Positions 36,213 through 49,344 of a stretch of DNA of 64,000 nt are shown here, in pieces (the first letter of the stretch is position 1; each line of letters starts with the position of its first letter). Source of the stretch: Leucoraja ocellata (taxonomy: Eukaryota); NCBI GenBank assembly GCA_036785375.1, contig JAWMAR010000189.1:3162001-3226000 (forward strand), read 5' to 3'. The notes beneath the pieces are model-generated. The model made no database searches and was not told the origin of the DNA. It worked only from the letters and a program-made list of their open reading frames with translations. Both the position numbers and the translations under genes were made by a program.

Positions 36213-36864
36213 CTCCCCGAACCTTCCCGATTGACTGTGTTAGTTTAGGCGTTTCTATGTCCTTTAACTGTTTTCTCTAACCTCCTTACAATTCCTTTGC
36301 CCTAAGAAGTTAAATATTACGCACTCTTTACCAATATCCTTGCGGGGGAATTCCCCTACGGGATATAACAGCACATTCTAAACCATGGGAATAATTTCTT
36401 CATCATGAAATGCCCTTCACTTATCTATCAGCGGGTCAGTCAGTATGAACAGATGAAGCTTTCGGCATGTGGTACATCCATGAGGAGCATCCAGCACATT
36501 TTCCTATTTGCTGCAGATAAATCCTCCGCATTCAGGCCGCAGCTCAATAACAAAATGATATTTATTTTTGAAACTATTTCAGCTTTGTTGCAATGTTTGG
36601 ACATGGCACAGTAAGGAAGATTAGCGATCAGGCAGCAGGGGGTGAAATGGTTCTTTGAGAGAACATGGAAGGAAATTGAGAACGCATTAGATGGATAATT
36701 ACTTCACGCGGAAAGTGTCAAAAGTGATCGTGTTTTGCAAAAAAAGAGTCTGTATATACGTGCCGGCACACAGGTACAGATAGGTACACACACACACACA
36801 TATTGATGTACACATACAAATATGGACACGCAAAAACGCAGAGCCAAAGAGATGCACAGGTGCT

Positions 36865-37072
36865 TTTATATATACATATATATAATATTTAATATTATAT
36901 AATAACATAATATTAAATATATATGTGATATATATTTAATATATAATTTGATATATTTAATATACAATATATTTCTTGTTTTAATGTGGCTATATAGATA
37001 AAATATATACACACATATGAATACATATATATGTAGACAGACATATATACACACAGACGTATCTATATATAG
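36865..37072. repeat. AT-rich (TA)n-derived low complexity
   Basis: composition. Confidence 0.9.
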
Positions 37073-37629
37073 GGTAAATACAAAAAGCTGTAGCAACTCA
37101 GCGGGGCATGCAGCATCTCTGAAGAGAAGGAATGGGTGATGTTTCGGGTCGAGACCCTTCTTCAGACTTCCCGCTGAGTAATTCCAGCATTTTATAGACA
37201 ATAGGTGCAGAAGTAGGCCATTCGGCCCTTTTGTATCTGACCTGTTGAGTTACTCCAGCATTTTGTGTCTACCTTCGACTTAAACCAGCATCTGCAGTTC
37301 CTTGCTCTATATATATAAAAGTGCATTACACAGAGTACAGAGTTACAGAATCATACAGTACAGAAAAAGGTGCTTCGGCCCAATATGCCAAGGCCAACAA
37401 TGCTGCCCCATCTGAACATGGAGGCATATAGCTACGCCAATGGTATCAATGAGCTCCCCTTAATTAAAATAAACGGGCACGTCCAAAGCTGCCATCATCA
37501 CCCACCTGGGTCATCAGCGCAAACTTACATGTTTTCCCTCTGTCGAGTATTTAAAGTTTATGTACAGTGACACCACCTCACACCTCACGACCGGGTTATT
37601 TTGCAGGAACGAGTGCAAGCTTGGATTGA

Positions 37630-37965
37630 GCAGATGTGGAGAGGATGGTTCCACTCGTGGGAGAGTCTAGCACCAGAGGCCAGGGCCTCAGAATAACAAA
37701 ATTAGGAAGGAGATGAGGAGGAATTTCTATAGTCAGATGGTGGAGAATCTGTGGAATTCATTGCCCCACAGAAGGCTGTGGAGGCCATCAATTGATATTT
37801 TTAAGGCAGAGCTCGATAGATTCTTGATTAGTACGGGTGTCCGGTGTTGTGGGGAGAAGGCAGGAGAATGGGGTTAGGAGAGAGAGATAGATCAGCCATG
37901 ATTGAATGATGGAGTAGACTTGATGGGCTGAATGGCCTCATTCTGCTCCAATCGCATGAACCCAT
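37630..37965 (+). mobile_element. CR1 3' end
   Basis: gtgggagagtctagcaccagagg...atcagccatgattgaat. Confidence 0.85.
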
Positions 37966-38764
37966 GAGAATATCTAGCTGGATATCTGTGATCAAATTCT
38001 ACATCCTCATCTTTCAACTCAGTGAAGCAAAAGCACATGATTATAATTCAGTTGTTTCCTTTTTATTAATGTGGTCCTCTGAGTTTTTCCCCCCCAGTCT
38101 TTTTTTACTCTGTGTGATAAATCTTTCCTTCCTGGAGACTCCGGGGAACATCCCAGAGGGGCATCAGCCTTTAACCAACAGAAAGCAGTGAAACAGTGTA
38201 AAGTTCAGAGCACAAAAATACAACTGCCCTCATCAGCATCATCTGCCTGCGTTTGGCCCACATCCCTCTAAATCTGTCCTATCCTGTCTAGATGCTCCTT
38301 AAACGTTGCGATAGTGCCTGCCTCAACTACCTCCTTGTAACATGTCGACGAAAACTTAACACAATGTGGCCTCACCAACATCTTATATAACTGCCACGTG
38401 ACTTCCCAACTTCTATACTCAATACTCTGACTGATGACTACACCAGGAATGGAACAAAGAAATTCTTGGAGACACAACGATATTGGATTACCAAAAAAGA
38501 CTGGAGTAACCTGGAGAGGTGGCATTTCGGGCTGGAAATCAAGCAGCTGTTCGATGGCTCCAAACACTCCGATGACCCAAAATCCATCATTTATCCTTGA
38601 TTTGCACATATTCACAAGCTCGATAATGAGTTATGTGTCGGAAGGAACTGCAGATGCTGGTTTACACTGAAGAATGCTGGAATAACTCAGCGGGACAGGC
38701 AGCATCTCTGGAGAAAAGAATAGGTGACATTTTCTCCAGAGATGCTGCCTGACCCGCTGAGTTA

Positions 38765-38990
38765 TGCCCCTGTCCCACTTAGGAAACCTGAACGGAAACC
38801 TCTGGAGACTTTGCACCCCACTCAAGGTTTCCGTGTGGTTCCCGGAGGTTTTTGTCAGTCTCCCTACCTGCTGCCACTACCTGCAACCTCCAGCAACCAC
38901 CTGCAACCTCCGGGAACCGCACAGAAACCTTGGGTGGGGCGCAAAGTCTCCAGAGGTTTCCGTTCAGGTTTCCTAAGTGGGACAGGGGCA
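38765..38990. mobile_element. 226-bp palindromic Harbinger MITE inserted in a Penelope repeat
   Basis: about 80-bp TIRs starting TGCCCCTGTCCCACTTAGG; TTA TSD at 38762-38764 and 38991-38993. Confidence 0.95.
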
Positions 38991-39815
38991 TTAATCAGCT
39001 TTTTGTGTCTATCAATAATGAGCTAAATATGTGCACTTGTTCAGCTACTGTGACTGCAGCAACAAACCTGTATTTGTTATAGTGTGAGGTTGTTGGTATG
39101 GAAGGGTGAAGCCCTTTAAAAATTACTCAATTGGGAAACAGCCAGTTGTTCAACATAAAATCAGTCAGTCCAGTACACACTTCACTACCTCAGAGCGCAT
39201 TTTGTGTTAGATAATCAGGTTGAGCTTGATATACAGCTGAAGTGTGTTAGAAGATAAAAATCTAATTATCTTAAAATTCATTACCAAATTGGATTATATT
39301 ATACTGAAAAAAAATTAGAAAGGAATTAAGTTGTTCAAATTATTATTATTACGAGCCCGATCAAAGTACTTATCTATGAAGGAAGTTTATAATCATGTAT
39401 TTTTCTGATTTTCGTTTAATCTATTTATAAAGTAGGCCCATGCATTTTGTTTTAACAATAATTTGGTTTTCCATTTCTACCTTGTTGGTTTTTATGACCC
39501 TCACTGTGGAAGTGGAAGGAAAAGAAGACAAAATATCTCTGCCATCTTTTAAACGGGGGAATTCGATTTACTGAAACTTGAAAATGCTTTGTGGGCAGTC
39601 ATTTCCTTCACAAACTGATCCAGTTGAGAGAGTCAAGAGTGTTTAATTGTCATATGTGCCGTCAATGGAACAGTGAAAATCTTACTTCTTACTTATAGCA
39701 GCATAACAGGCCCATAAACACAATACACACAGATGATATATAATATCAGAATGCAGTAGATGATTAAGCACAATACTCAGTGGCACGGTGGTGCAATGGT
39801 AGAGTTGCTGCCTTA

Positions 39816-39968
39816 AGGGCCTGTCCCACGAGCATGTGACTGCATGCGGGGAGCGCGACCAAACCGGAAGCGGGGGCCGCGCGGAGGTCGAGTGATTTAC
39901 GTGAACCTTGGGTGGGGCGCAAAGTCTCCAGAGGTTTCCGTTCAGGTTTCCTAAGTGGGACAGGGGCA
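39816..39968. mobile_element. Chimeric Harbinger MITE
   Basis: left end AGGGCCTGTCCCAC, right end GTGGGACAGGGGCA, TTA on both sides. Confidence 0.75.
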
Positions 39969-40621
39969 TTAGGAAGCCAAGTTGAGGTCCAGGAGTAAAA
40001 TGTTCTCACGTGTCCCAGACATAAAGTCTTCGCTAGCTCATGGCTCACACAATTCTATCTCCAACTCATTGACCAAGTTGCCACATCATTTGCAAATTTA
40101 TCCTTACAAGAAAACTGCATTGGTCCACTGATTTAATTTTCAAAAGTGAGAATGAAAAATAAATCACCAGATTAACAATCCTTTATTTGTTTTATCTACG
40201 ATCATTATCGTCACTAGTTTGGGACTTGCCAATGTTCCTTTCCAATATCGGGCAGACGTTATTCCCAAAGTCAAATTCTCCCCTTCAGATAAATGAAAAA
40301 TCTGCCAGATTTAGCCATTAAAGTTGTGATTACTGGCACTCACTGATTTACTGCTGAGAAAAACAATGAGTGTTTTCTTCAGTACAGGGAACAAAGAGTG
40401 CCCTCAAAAGAGAGAAACAATAATGTGGCTTCACAATGATACCACAATAAACTGGCCGCATCTCAAATTCTTGGAGTGGGAGGACCCAGAATGAAATTGG
40501 AACAGCTGTTTAGTTTGTGGTGGGCAAGAGACCAGCGATCCTACAATCTACTCCCTCATTCAATAACATCAGAGCTAATGCAGTTCCTCATCCAGTTTCC
40601 ACCCAGTTTCAATTTCTCTTA

Positions 40622-40845
40622 AGGTAGACACAAAATTCTGGAATAACTCAGCGGGTCAGGCAGCATCTCTGGAGAAATAGGGTGGGTGACGTTTCGGGTG
40701 GGGACCCTTCTTCAGACACACTGTGTGTCCCGACCCGAAATGTCACCCATCCTTTTTGTCCAGAGATGCGGACTGACCGTCTGAGTTACCCCAGCACTTT
40801 TGTGTCTATCTTTGGCATGAACCAGCATCTGCAGTTCTTTGTTTC
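40622..40845. mobile_element. Head-to-head pair of Penelope repeats
   Basis: minus copy 40622-40717, plus copy 40727-40845. Confidence 0.85.
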
Positions 40846-40979
40846 CGAATTTCTCTTTAACTACTTACTGTCCAAAGGCCTCTCAAACGCGACCTTGATC
40901 ACAGAGGCGATGGCCGCCAGGATAGATAGAACAAGGGCAGTAATACAGAGTTTTAGTTTCTATGTGACTATGTTATCTT

Positions 40980-41425
40980 TTAGAGTTTCGAGATACAGCA
41001 ATGGAATCAGGCCCTTCGGCCCACCGAGTCCATGCCGACATTCAATCCCTTCACACTAGTTCTATGTTATCTCATATTCGCATCTACTCCCTACACACGA
41101 GGCGACAATTTACAGAGGCCAATTAACCTAAGAAATCCGCACGTCATTGAAACGTGGGAGGAAACCAGAGCACCCCGTGGAAGCTCATGGGAGAACGTGC
41201 AAACTCCAAACGCACAGCCCCTCAGGTCAGGATTGAACCTGGGTCTCTGGTGCTGTGAGACAACACCTGAGGTTAGTTTTGTGTCGTGTTCCAAGAGCAT
41301 GATGATTGTTAGGAGGAAACTATTCCTGAGGCTGGTGGTCACGTACTACTGTACCCGAGGAAAGGATCGATCCTGTGTCTCTGGCACATTGAGGCAGCAG
41401 CTCTACCAACTGTACCGCAGTGCCG
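40980..41425 (-). mobile_element. HE1-type V-SINE, interrupted
   Basis: gagatacagcaatggaatcaggcccttcggcccaccgagtcc. Confidence 0.75.
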
Positions 41426-41854
41426 GCCTGTGCCATTCTTGTCTGGGACATCAGTGTCATGTCTGGCTCCGAGTCTGGAGGTGCCACCTCCCCACCATTG
41501 CCTGTCAGGATGGCAACCTAATCTGCCAAGTACTTGGATATAATGGGCCTCCCCCACAGGCCTAGCTCCAATGCAGGCATCCTGCAGGCCGCACACAAGC
41601 AAACTCAAGTCTGCACAAGTCCTTTGATATACCCATCCATCACACACCTAATGAGAGACAGCAGACCCACAATACAATGAGTAAAATACTGGATTGACAC
41701 GAAAGTATGAACATTGAAGATGGTGCATAAGAGGCATGAACTGAACCAGAGACATTCATTTTTGCTGACATTAGATTCCCAGCACCAATTGAGACAAAAA
41801 CAGGACATCAAGGCACTGTAATCTTTATACAGCCACAGCAGCACTAAGCTAGAG

Positions 41855-42060
41855 AGGACACACAGTGCTGGAGTAACTCAGCAGGACAGGCAGCATCTCT
41901 GAAGAACATGGATCGGTGACCTTTCGGGTCAAGACCCTTCTTCAGACTGATTTGTCACCTTTCCATGTTCTCCAGCGATGCTGCCTGCCTGGCCTGCTGA
42001 GTTACTCCAGCATGTTGTGTCCTTTTATGTATTAACCAGCATTTGCAGTTCCTTGTTTCT
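41855..42060. mobile_element. Head-to-head pair of Penelope repeats
   Basis: acacagtgctggagtaactcagc ... gctgagttactccagcatgttgtgt. Confidence 0.85.
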
Positions 42061-42209
42061 AAGGTTTAAGGGAACTAGGATTTCTTTCACTGACTTCGCT
42101 CGGTGAAGGGTAACGGCTGACAAAGTGTTCAACTGCCTCATCTGGTACCTCAGTGTGTCACGTTGGTCAAAGGTACCACCCCCAACCTCTGGCACAGAGG
42201 GGGGCATTG

Positions 42210-42290
42210 ACGTTCTAACTGAGTGGTGACTGGCACTTCAGTGCAGTAAGACTGTAGCACTGTCGGAGGTGCCATCTATTGGCTAAAGAT
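42210..42290 (+). mobile_element. DeuSINE-like (SacSINE/AmnSINE) relic; 3'-part relic also at about 27140-27260
   Basis: gcactgtcggaggtgccatct resembles the Deu-SINE core gcactgtcggaggtgccgtctt. Confidence 0.5.
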
Positions 42291-42295
42291 CATTA

Positions 42296-42645
42296 TCATT
42301 ATCATCCTTTTATTGTCATCATGCAAGCAACAATTGTACAGTGCAAAATGAGAAGATGTTTCTCAGGGAATACAGGAGCATCGCACATAAAAACTTAAAC
42401 ATTTCACGAATAAATAAAAACAATCCAGTTCCTGATAAAAACAGTATGAATAGTTTAAAAAAGTGCAGGTAAAAAAAGCAACATTAAAATACAAGTAATA
42501 AAACCCAAAAAAAGTCATAAAATGTCCTGGGCAGCTGGTTTAAGTGGCCTGAGCCAGTGCCAGAGTTATTACTCAGTGCCAGTTATTCAATTGTCAGTGC
42601 AAAAGCAGCAGAATCAGGTGGAGTGACTGTTTAGCAGCCTCACAG
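42296..42645 (-). mobile_element. Rex/Babar-type LINE 3'UTR
   Basis: atcatt tail, tttattgtc, ends gtttagcagcctcacag (reverse of AVRLLN). Confidence 0.6.
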
Positions 42646-42649
42646 TGTT

Positions 42650-43260
42650 CTTGTTTAGTCTAGTTTAGTCTAGTTTAACAGCTTAGCTTAGAGCTACAGC
42701 ATGGAAACTGGCCTTCGTCCCATCGAGTCCATGCCGACCATCGATCACCCACTCACACTAATTCTATGTTATCCCACTTTCTCATCCACTCCCTACATAC
42801 CGATTGTGGATGATCAGCCATGATCACAATGAATGGCGGTACAGACTCGAAGGGCCAAATGGCCTCCTCCTGCACCAATTTTCTATGTTTCTATACAAGG
42901 GGCAATTTACAAAGAATCAATTAACCTACAAACCCGCACGTCTTTGGGAAGTGGGAGGAAACTGGAACACTTGCAGGAAACGCACGCGATCGTAAGGTCA
43001 TAAGGAATAGGAGTAGAATTAGGCCACTCGGCCCATCAAGTCTATACCGCCATTCAATCATGGCTGCTCTGTCTCTCCCTACTAACCCCATTCTCCTGCC
43101 TTCTAACCCCATAACCACTGACACAAGTAATAATCAAGAATCTATCTATCTCTGGGAGATAGGGAAGGATAGGGAGATAGGTCACAGGTAGAACGTGCAA
43201 ACTCCACACAGACAGCAAGCAGCTGAGGTCAGGATCGAACCAGGGTGTCTAGCGCTGTTG
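42650..43260 (-). mobile_element. HE1 SINE with two nested CR1 tails (42803-42893 plus, 42992-43153 minus)
   Basis: HE1 segments resume after each insert. Confidence 0.8.
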
Positions 43261-44557
43261 GGTGGTGCCTGGTGGTGAGTGCAGGTGCGGTGGGCCGAAT
43301 GGCCTGTCTCCGTGCTGCAAATCTCCGTGACACTGTGGCAAAGCAGACCACACCTGGTGTTGCTGAGATCAGCCTGTTCCGGGAGACAGGGGAATAATGT
43401 TGGCCATTTTTTGCCACCTTGCCTTTCAAGTCTAATCACATCGACCAACAATCCCGAATTTGGGCACAATCGGCTTCTCTCAGCTTTAAAGCTAATTATT
43501 TTTTTTAAATCACACTGCTACATCTATCACACATCTTCTGTGATGAGGAGTCAAAACCTGCATGGGTCTTCCAATGTCACGTGATGAACTGCCCACCAGA
43601 CAATAAATACAGATGTTGTTTGCTTTGGCCCGGAGATATTTCACGCCACTTCTCACTTTGAGCCTCACCAGAAATCTGGAACAAAGGCAGCAAACCCTTG
43701 AAGTGGCAGATACACCAGCTTGCCGATGACTTCAGGGACTTCACACATACTTTTATAGTGCCGCAGCCTTGGATAAAAATACACAAGCTAGTTGCAGCAT
43801 GCTGCATTCTCTAAACCCAAACACAGCGCTGATAATGCATTGGAGTCAGCATCTTTCAGAACATAGAGTCTCACAGCACGGAAACAGGCCCTTCGGCCCA
43901 ACTTGTCCAAGCTGAACATGATGCCCCATCTCCCATCAAGCCCCATTTGCCCCACATCCCTTTGAACCTGAATCTGTCTGAAGAAGGGTCTCGACCCAAA
44001 ACGTCACCCATTCCTTCTCTCCAGGGATGCTGCCTGTCCTGCTGAGTTACTCCAGCATCTTGTGTCTACCTTCCCTGTGAACTTTACCCATCTATCCATG
44101 TAAATTGTCTTTTAAATATGTTTGTGGAGCCTGCCTCAACTACCTACTCTGGCAACTAGTTCCAATTACCCATATGTGTGAAAATGTTGCCCCTCAAGTT
44201 CCTATTAAATCTTTAGGAATAAAAGGCACCTTCATTTAACCTACCAATTCCCCTTACAATCTTATACCCCTCCGAAACCTGCCCAACCTTAGGCAATCAA
44301 GTCCTGGCAACATTTTCGTAAATCGTCTCTGCACTCTTTACAGGAAGAAGGCAGGAGAATGGGGTTGAGAGGGAAAGATAGGTCAGCCATGATTGAATGG
44401 CAGAGTAGACTTGATGGGCCGAATGGCCTAATCCTGTTCCTAAGACTTATGCAGTTATGAACTTATGGCAATATGTGTTCAGTTTCCAAGGGAACTGGGA
44501 CTGATGTGGATTTGAACGTGACTCAGCTATATCAGTTTTTGAGCAGTAAAGGTGTAA

Positions 44558-44783
44558 TGCCCCTGTCCCACTGAGGAAACCTGAACGGAAACCTCTGGAG
44601 ACTTTGCGCCCCACCCAAGGTTTCCGTGCGGTTCCCGGAGGTTGCAGGTGGTTGCCGGAGGTTGCAGGTGGTGGAAGCAGGCAGGGAGACTGACAAAAAC
44701 CTCCGGGAACCGCACGGAAACCTTGGGTGGGGCGCAAAGTCTCCAGAGGTTTCCGTTCAGGTTTCCTAAGTGGGACAGGGGCA
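44558..44783. mobile_element. 226-bp palindromic Harbinger MITE
   Basis: same family as 38765, opposite orientation; TAA TSD at 44555-44557 and 44784-44786. Confidence 0.95.
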
Positions 44784-45233
44784 TAAGATGTCATATTAGG
44801 GAATGGATTCAATTAGAGAACGCTGAGGAGTTTGGAGATGGGAATGGGGTGACTGTGTTCAGGAGAATTAACCTTTTGGGAAAATACAGTCCAGTTTTAG
44901 GCCCGAACTTGGCAGAAATGACCAAATTACTAAAATGTTCTTATTTCGCGTCTTCACCTTTGGGAGTTTGGGGATTTTGTTGATTGACAGGATGAAACTA
45001 TTCTAATTGTCACAATTAATAATAACAGAGGCCATTGTCTGCAGATGCTGGAGTCTTGAGCACAAAGTAAAGAGCTAGAGATACTCAGGGGGGCAGGCAG
45101 CCTCTGTGGAGGGGCATGGACTGACGGTGTTTTGGGTCACGAGCCTCCTTTGCGACTGGAATAGAGGGGATGCCGCTGATTGGTAGAGATGCAGGAAGGG
45201 CGGAGCCAGAGCCAGGAAGTGATTGGTCAAGAT

Positions 45234-45410
45234 GGACACAGAAATGCTGGAGTAACTCAGCGGGACGGGCGGCGTCTCTGGAGAGAAGGAACGGGTGACG
45301 TTTCGGGTCGAGACCCTTCTTCAGACTGGTTAGGGATAAGGCAATCGAGGGATTATAGACAATGGAAAGATGTAGAGAGATAAAGAACAATGAATGAAAG
45401 ATATGCAAAG
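45234..45410 (-). mobile_element. Penelope-like 3' end with intact hammerhead core
   Basis: gacgtttcgggtcgagacccttcttcagact. Confidence 0.85.
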
Positions 45411-46732
45411 TGATTGGTCAATTCAGGAGAGGAGGGGTTGATTGGAAGATGGTTCAGAAAGGGAAGAGAAAGGTGGAGTCCCTCCACACTTCCATCCATC
45501 ATCAGGAAAGACCCAGGGCCCTCCGTTTCTTCCTAAAATAGAGACTCAACGCAGCTGCTCTCCTGAAGAACGGTCCTGATCCAAGACGGCATTTGTCCAT
45601 TCAAGTTCAAGTGAGTTTAGTGTCATGTGTCCCTGACAGGACAATGATATTCTTGCTTTGCTTCAGCACACAGAACATAGTAGGCATTTACTACAAAACA
45701 GATCAGTGTGTCCATATACAGGTACCATATTATAAATATATATTCCCTTCACAGATGCTGATGGCAGACACAAAATGCTGGAGTAACTCAGTGGGACAGG
45801 TGAGAAGGAATGGGTGACGTTTCGGTCCGGGGCCCTTCTTCAGACTGAGAGTCTGCCTGTCCCACCTAGGTTCCTCCAGCAGTTTAGTTTATTAGGAGAC
45901 ATAGCATAGAGGTTAAACCACTCACTTTCCTGGCTTCAAGTCACTTTCTCTCCCAAACATTAAGCTACTCTGCAAATTCAAATCTCTCAAAAAAGAAAAT
46001 CCTGCCTGGATTCCAGCTCGGAAAGCTGCTGAAATTTGTCTTGCCACTGAATTCTAGCAATTCCGTACAGATAAGGTGGCTTTGCTTGTACATTCATGCG
46101 AATCTTGCTAGTCAAATCAAAACTTCAAACAGTGCAGTTGTATTTTAATCTGTCAAGGCCAGAGCGAAGAGCTTCCAGCTCAGATACAACCGTCACAGAG
46201 GCGTTCCTGTTGCAAACACACAATGAGGAGACTATCAAGGAGGCACGTGAGTGATGGCTATGTTTCATCTCAATATGGGGTGTCCACTTTATTCAAAAGA
46301 AAAGGACAAATACTTTCTTTGTTGAAAGGCTGCGACTAAGGTTCTAATCTCAACCCCCCTGTTTCCTGATCAGATGTTGACTTTTGCAATCAGGGAGACG
46401 AGACAGCAAACACAGCTACAAAAACTTGATAAGAACATTGTCCTTTCTTCAGCAGCGACGAGGAGGGATTGTAAACACTTGTCAACCGCCCTGGTTCGAC
46501 AGGAGCAGAAGCGATGGTGGTTTGTGTGAACAGGTACTCAGCGGACTTATCTGAGCCTTGCAGCTTTTATCCTGGATCAATTGATTCCACGTGTTCCGTG
46601 GCGGTGAAATGGAGTATCCTGTGATGTTCGGCGACCACTCATACCCGTGACAAATGTGCTCAGGGGTGGTGTCAGGTTGGTAAAAGGAAAGCAGTCCAGG
46701 GCTCAGAACTTAAGACGGCCACTCCTTTCAAG

Positions 46733-47232
46733 CATCCGCTGCTCTGGATGTCAGCAGATCTACATCGGTGAGACCATGCGGAGGCTGGGCGATCGTTTCG
46801 CCGAACACCTCCGCTCGGTCCGCAATAAACAACCTGACCTCCCGGTGGCTCAGCACTTCAACTCCCCCTCCCATTCCGTATCAGACCTCTCTGTCCTGGG
46901 TCTCCTCCATGGCCAGAGCGAGCAACACCGGAAATTGGAGGAACAACACCTCATATTCCGCTTGGGGAATCTGCATCCTGGGGGCATGAACATTGAATTC
47001 TCATAATTTTGTTAATCCTAGCCATCTCCTCCCCTTCCTCAGCCCTCGGGCTCCGCCTTTTTCCTTTCTTCTCCCCCCCCCCCCCCCCCAACCCCCATCA
47101 GTCTGAAGAAGGGTTTCGGCCCGAAACGTCGCCTATTTCCTTCGCTCCATAGATGCTGCTGCACCTGCTGAGTTTCTCCAGCATTTTTGTGTACCTTCGA
47201 TTTTCCAGCATCTGCAGTTCCTTCTTAAACAC
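46733..47232 (+). mobile_element. 5'-truncated Penelope-like element: GIY-YIG endonuclease C-terminus (to 47006) plus pLTR with hammerhead motif
   Basis: IRCSGCQQIYIGETMRRLGDRFAEHLRSV...PVAQHFNSPSH...RKLEEQHLIFRLGNLHPGGMNIEFS*. Confidence 0.95.
47103..47130 (+). ncRNA. Minimal hammerhead ribozyme motif in the Penelope pLTR
   Basis: CTGAAGA-A-GGG(tttcgg)CCC-GAAA-CG-TC: both catalytic boxes, helix II and a GUC triplet; activity untested. Confidence 0.65.
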
Positions 47233-47369
47233 TCCTTTCAAGCTTCTTGCAAGTTTCACTGAGGGAAAGTGGAAAGATCCGGCACAAAATGGGTTTTCGT
47301 GGTGTTCGAGTGGGAAGTCATTGCAAATCGCTGCAAATACATGCAGAGTTTGATATCCGGAGTGAATGT

Positions 47370-47810
47370 AGAGGCACACTGTCTTTTATCCAGAGTAGGG
47401 GAATCGAGGACCAAAGGACATTGGTTCAAGGTGAAGGGGAAAAGATTTAATAGGAATCCAAGGGGTAACTTTTTCACACAGAGGGTGGTGGGTGCATGGA
47501 ACAAGCTGCCAGAGGAGGTAGGTGAGGCTGGGACTATGCCATCGTTTAAGAAACAGTTGGACAGGTACATGGATCAAAGGTACATGGATCAGGGTTTCGG
47601 CCCGAAACTTTGCCTCTTTCCTTCGCTCCATAGATACTGTCGCACCCGCTGAGTTTCTCCAGCATTTTTGTGTACCATGGATAGGACACGTTTGGAATGT
47701 TATGGACCAAGCGAGGGCAAGTGGGAGTAGAGTAGCTGGGACATTGGTGGCTGGTGTTGGGCAAGTTGGGCCGAAGGGCCTGTTTTCACACTGTACCACT
47801 CTATGACTCT
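47370..47810 (+). mobile_element. HER1-type CR1 3' end with a nested Penelope repeat (47591-47676)
   Basis: GESRTKGHWFKVKGKRFNRNPRGNFFTQRVVGAWNKLPEEV. Confidence 0.9.
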
Positions 47811-49344
47811 AATACAATTGCAGCATTTGAAGGCCGGATTGCAAGATGTTGAGGCCACAGCAAGTAGTGGTTTTGAGTTTGTACAACCAGCCTAATCGCT
47901 GTTTGCCAGTTCCCTCTAACGGGCATCTCCATGAGTGTGCTCATCTGTAATTGGTCAGAGCGTATGTAGGCTGCCACTGCATGGCACATCTTCATGTGCA
48001 AGCAATCAGCCAGAAACATCATTGCTTCCTTGTCTCAAACAGCTCTTTCTGTTGATTTCTTTTAGCTGCAGAGCCGAAGGGGAAAGGGACCAGTAGTGCA
48101 GTGATTATCTTTTTTGGATCAGTATTCCAGAGTCCTGGACTGACAATAAGCAGACAGAAGTTTGAATCTTGTCATGGCAGATGGGAAATGTAATATCATT
48201 CAGTAGATCTGGCTCAATGCAAGCTGATATTAGAAATAATCAAAAGCACAGCTTCACTGTGCGGACAGTTTGCAGGTTCTCCCTGTGACCGCATGGGATT
48301 CCTCCGGGTGCTCCGGTTTCCCCTCACATCCCGGGGACCTGCAGTTCTCCAGGTTAATTGGCCTCTGCAAAATTGCCCTGAGTGTGTAAGGAGGGGCTGC
48401 AAAAACGGGATATAACATGGCTCTCGTGGGAACAGAAGATCAATGGTCGGCAGGGACGTGGTGGGCCGAAGGGCCTGTTTCTATGCTATGTCTCCTAACT
48501 GTTCTGAAGCCTGATAACAGAGGGGGGAAAGCAGTTCGTGAGTCTGGTGGTGTGCACTTTCAAGCTTCAGTGCCGTCTGCATGACTAGATAGGGGGGAGA
48601 AGATAAAACGACTGGGGTGGGATAAGTAGTAGAAACAAGGAATTGCAGATGCTGGTTTACCAAGGAAAGACACAAGTGCTGGAGTAACTCAGTACGTCAG
48701 ACATTATCACTGGAGAACATGGATGTGTAACGTTTCGTTTCTAGACTGAAGAAGGATCCCAACCTGAAACATCACCTATCCATGTTCTCCAGGGCTGCTG
48801 CCCGACCCTCAGAGTTACTCCGGCATGGTGTGTCACTCCGGGCTGGGACAAGTCTTTGATTATATGGACTGCTTTTCCAAGCGAGAGTGAAGTGTGGATG
48901 GAGTCGACGGTGGGGAGTCTGGTCTGTGCGATGGACTGGGCTACATCTACAAGTCTCTGCAATTTCAAAAAGTTCTGAGATCCATGGCCAATGTCCAGTG
49001 AATGTGTCAATTTGGATGTATATTTTGTTATCTGTTCCAGGTTTTGGCAATTAATGGCTTCTTGACTCGCTTCCCATGACTGCACCATCGGAGAGTGGAG
49101 CTGAAAGACCTCCCCACATTCAGCACATTGCTGAAATGGAAGTCATTCATCACTTGCAATCAGCCTGAATCAGCCTTCGCCCGCAACAAACAGTGAAAGC
49201 AACGCTCGCCAAAAGAAACGGCTGCTCGAGTGGAACAAAATTTGGCCATGGAAGCAAGAAATAAGTAATGTCAAGGAATAGGAGCAGAATTAGGCCATTC
49301 GGCCCATCACGTCTACTCCGCCATATTAACCTAGATATTAGTCA

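Noticed and set aside
38436-38600. Protein-like frame KFLETQRYWITKKDWSNLERWHFG
   Set aside because: No splice acceptor (abuts a TE); possibly a decayed CR1 QxDLxxLExW relic or chance
43530-43620. Two GTGATGA C-box motifs (possible C/D snoRNA)
   Set aside because: No suitably placed CTGA D boxes or terminal stem
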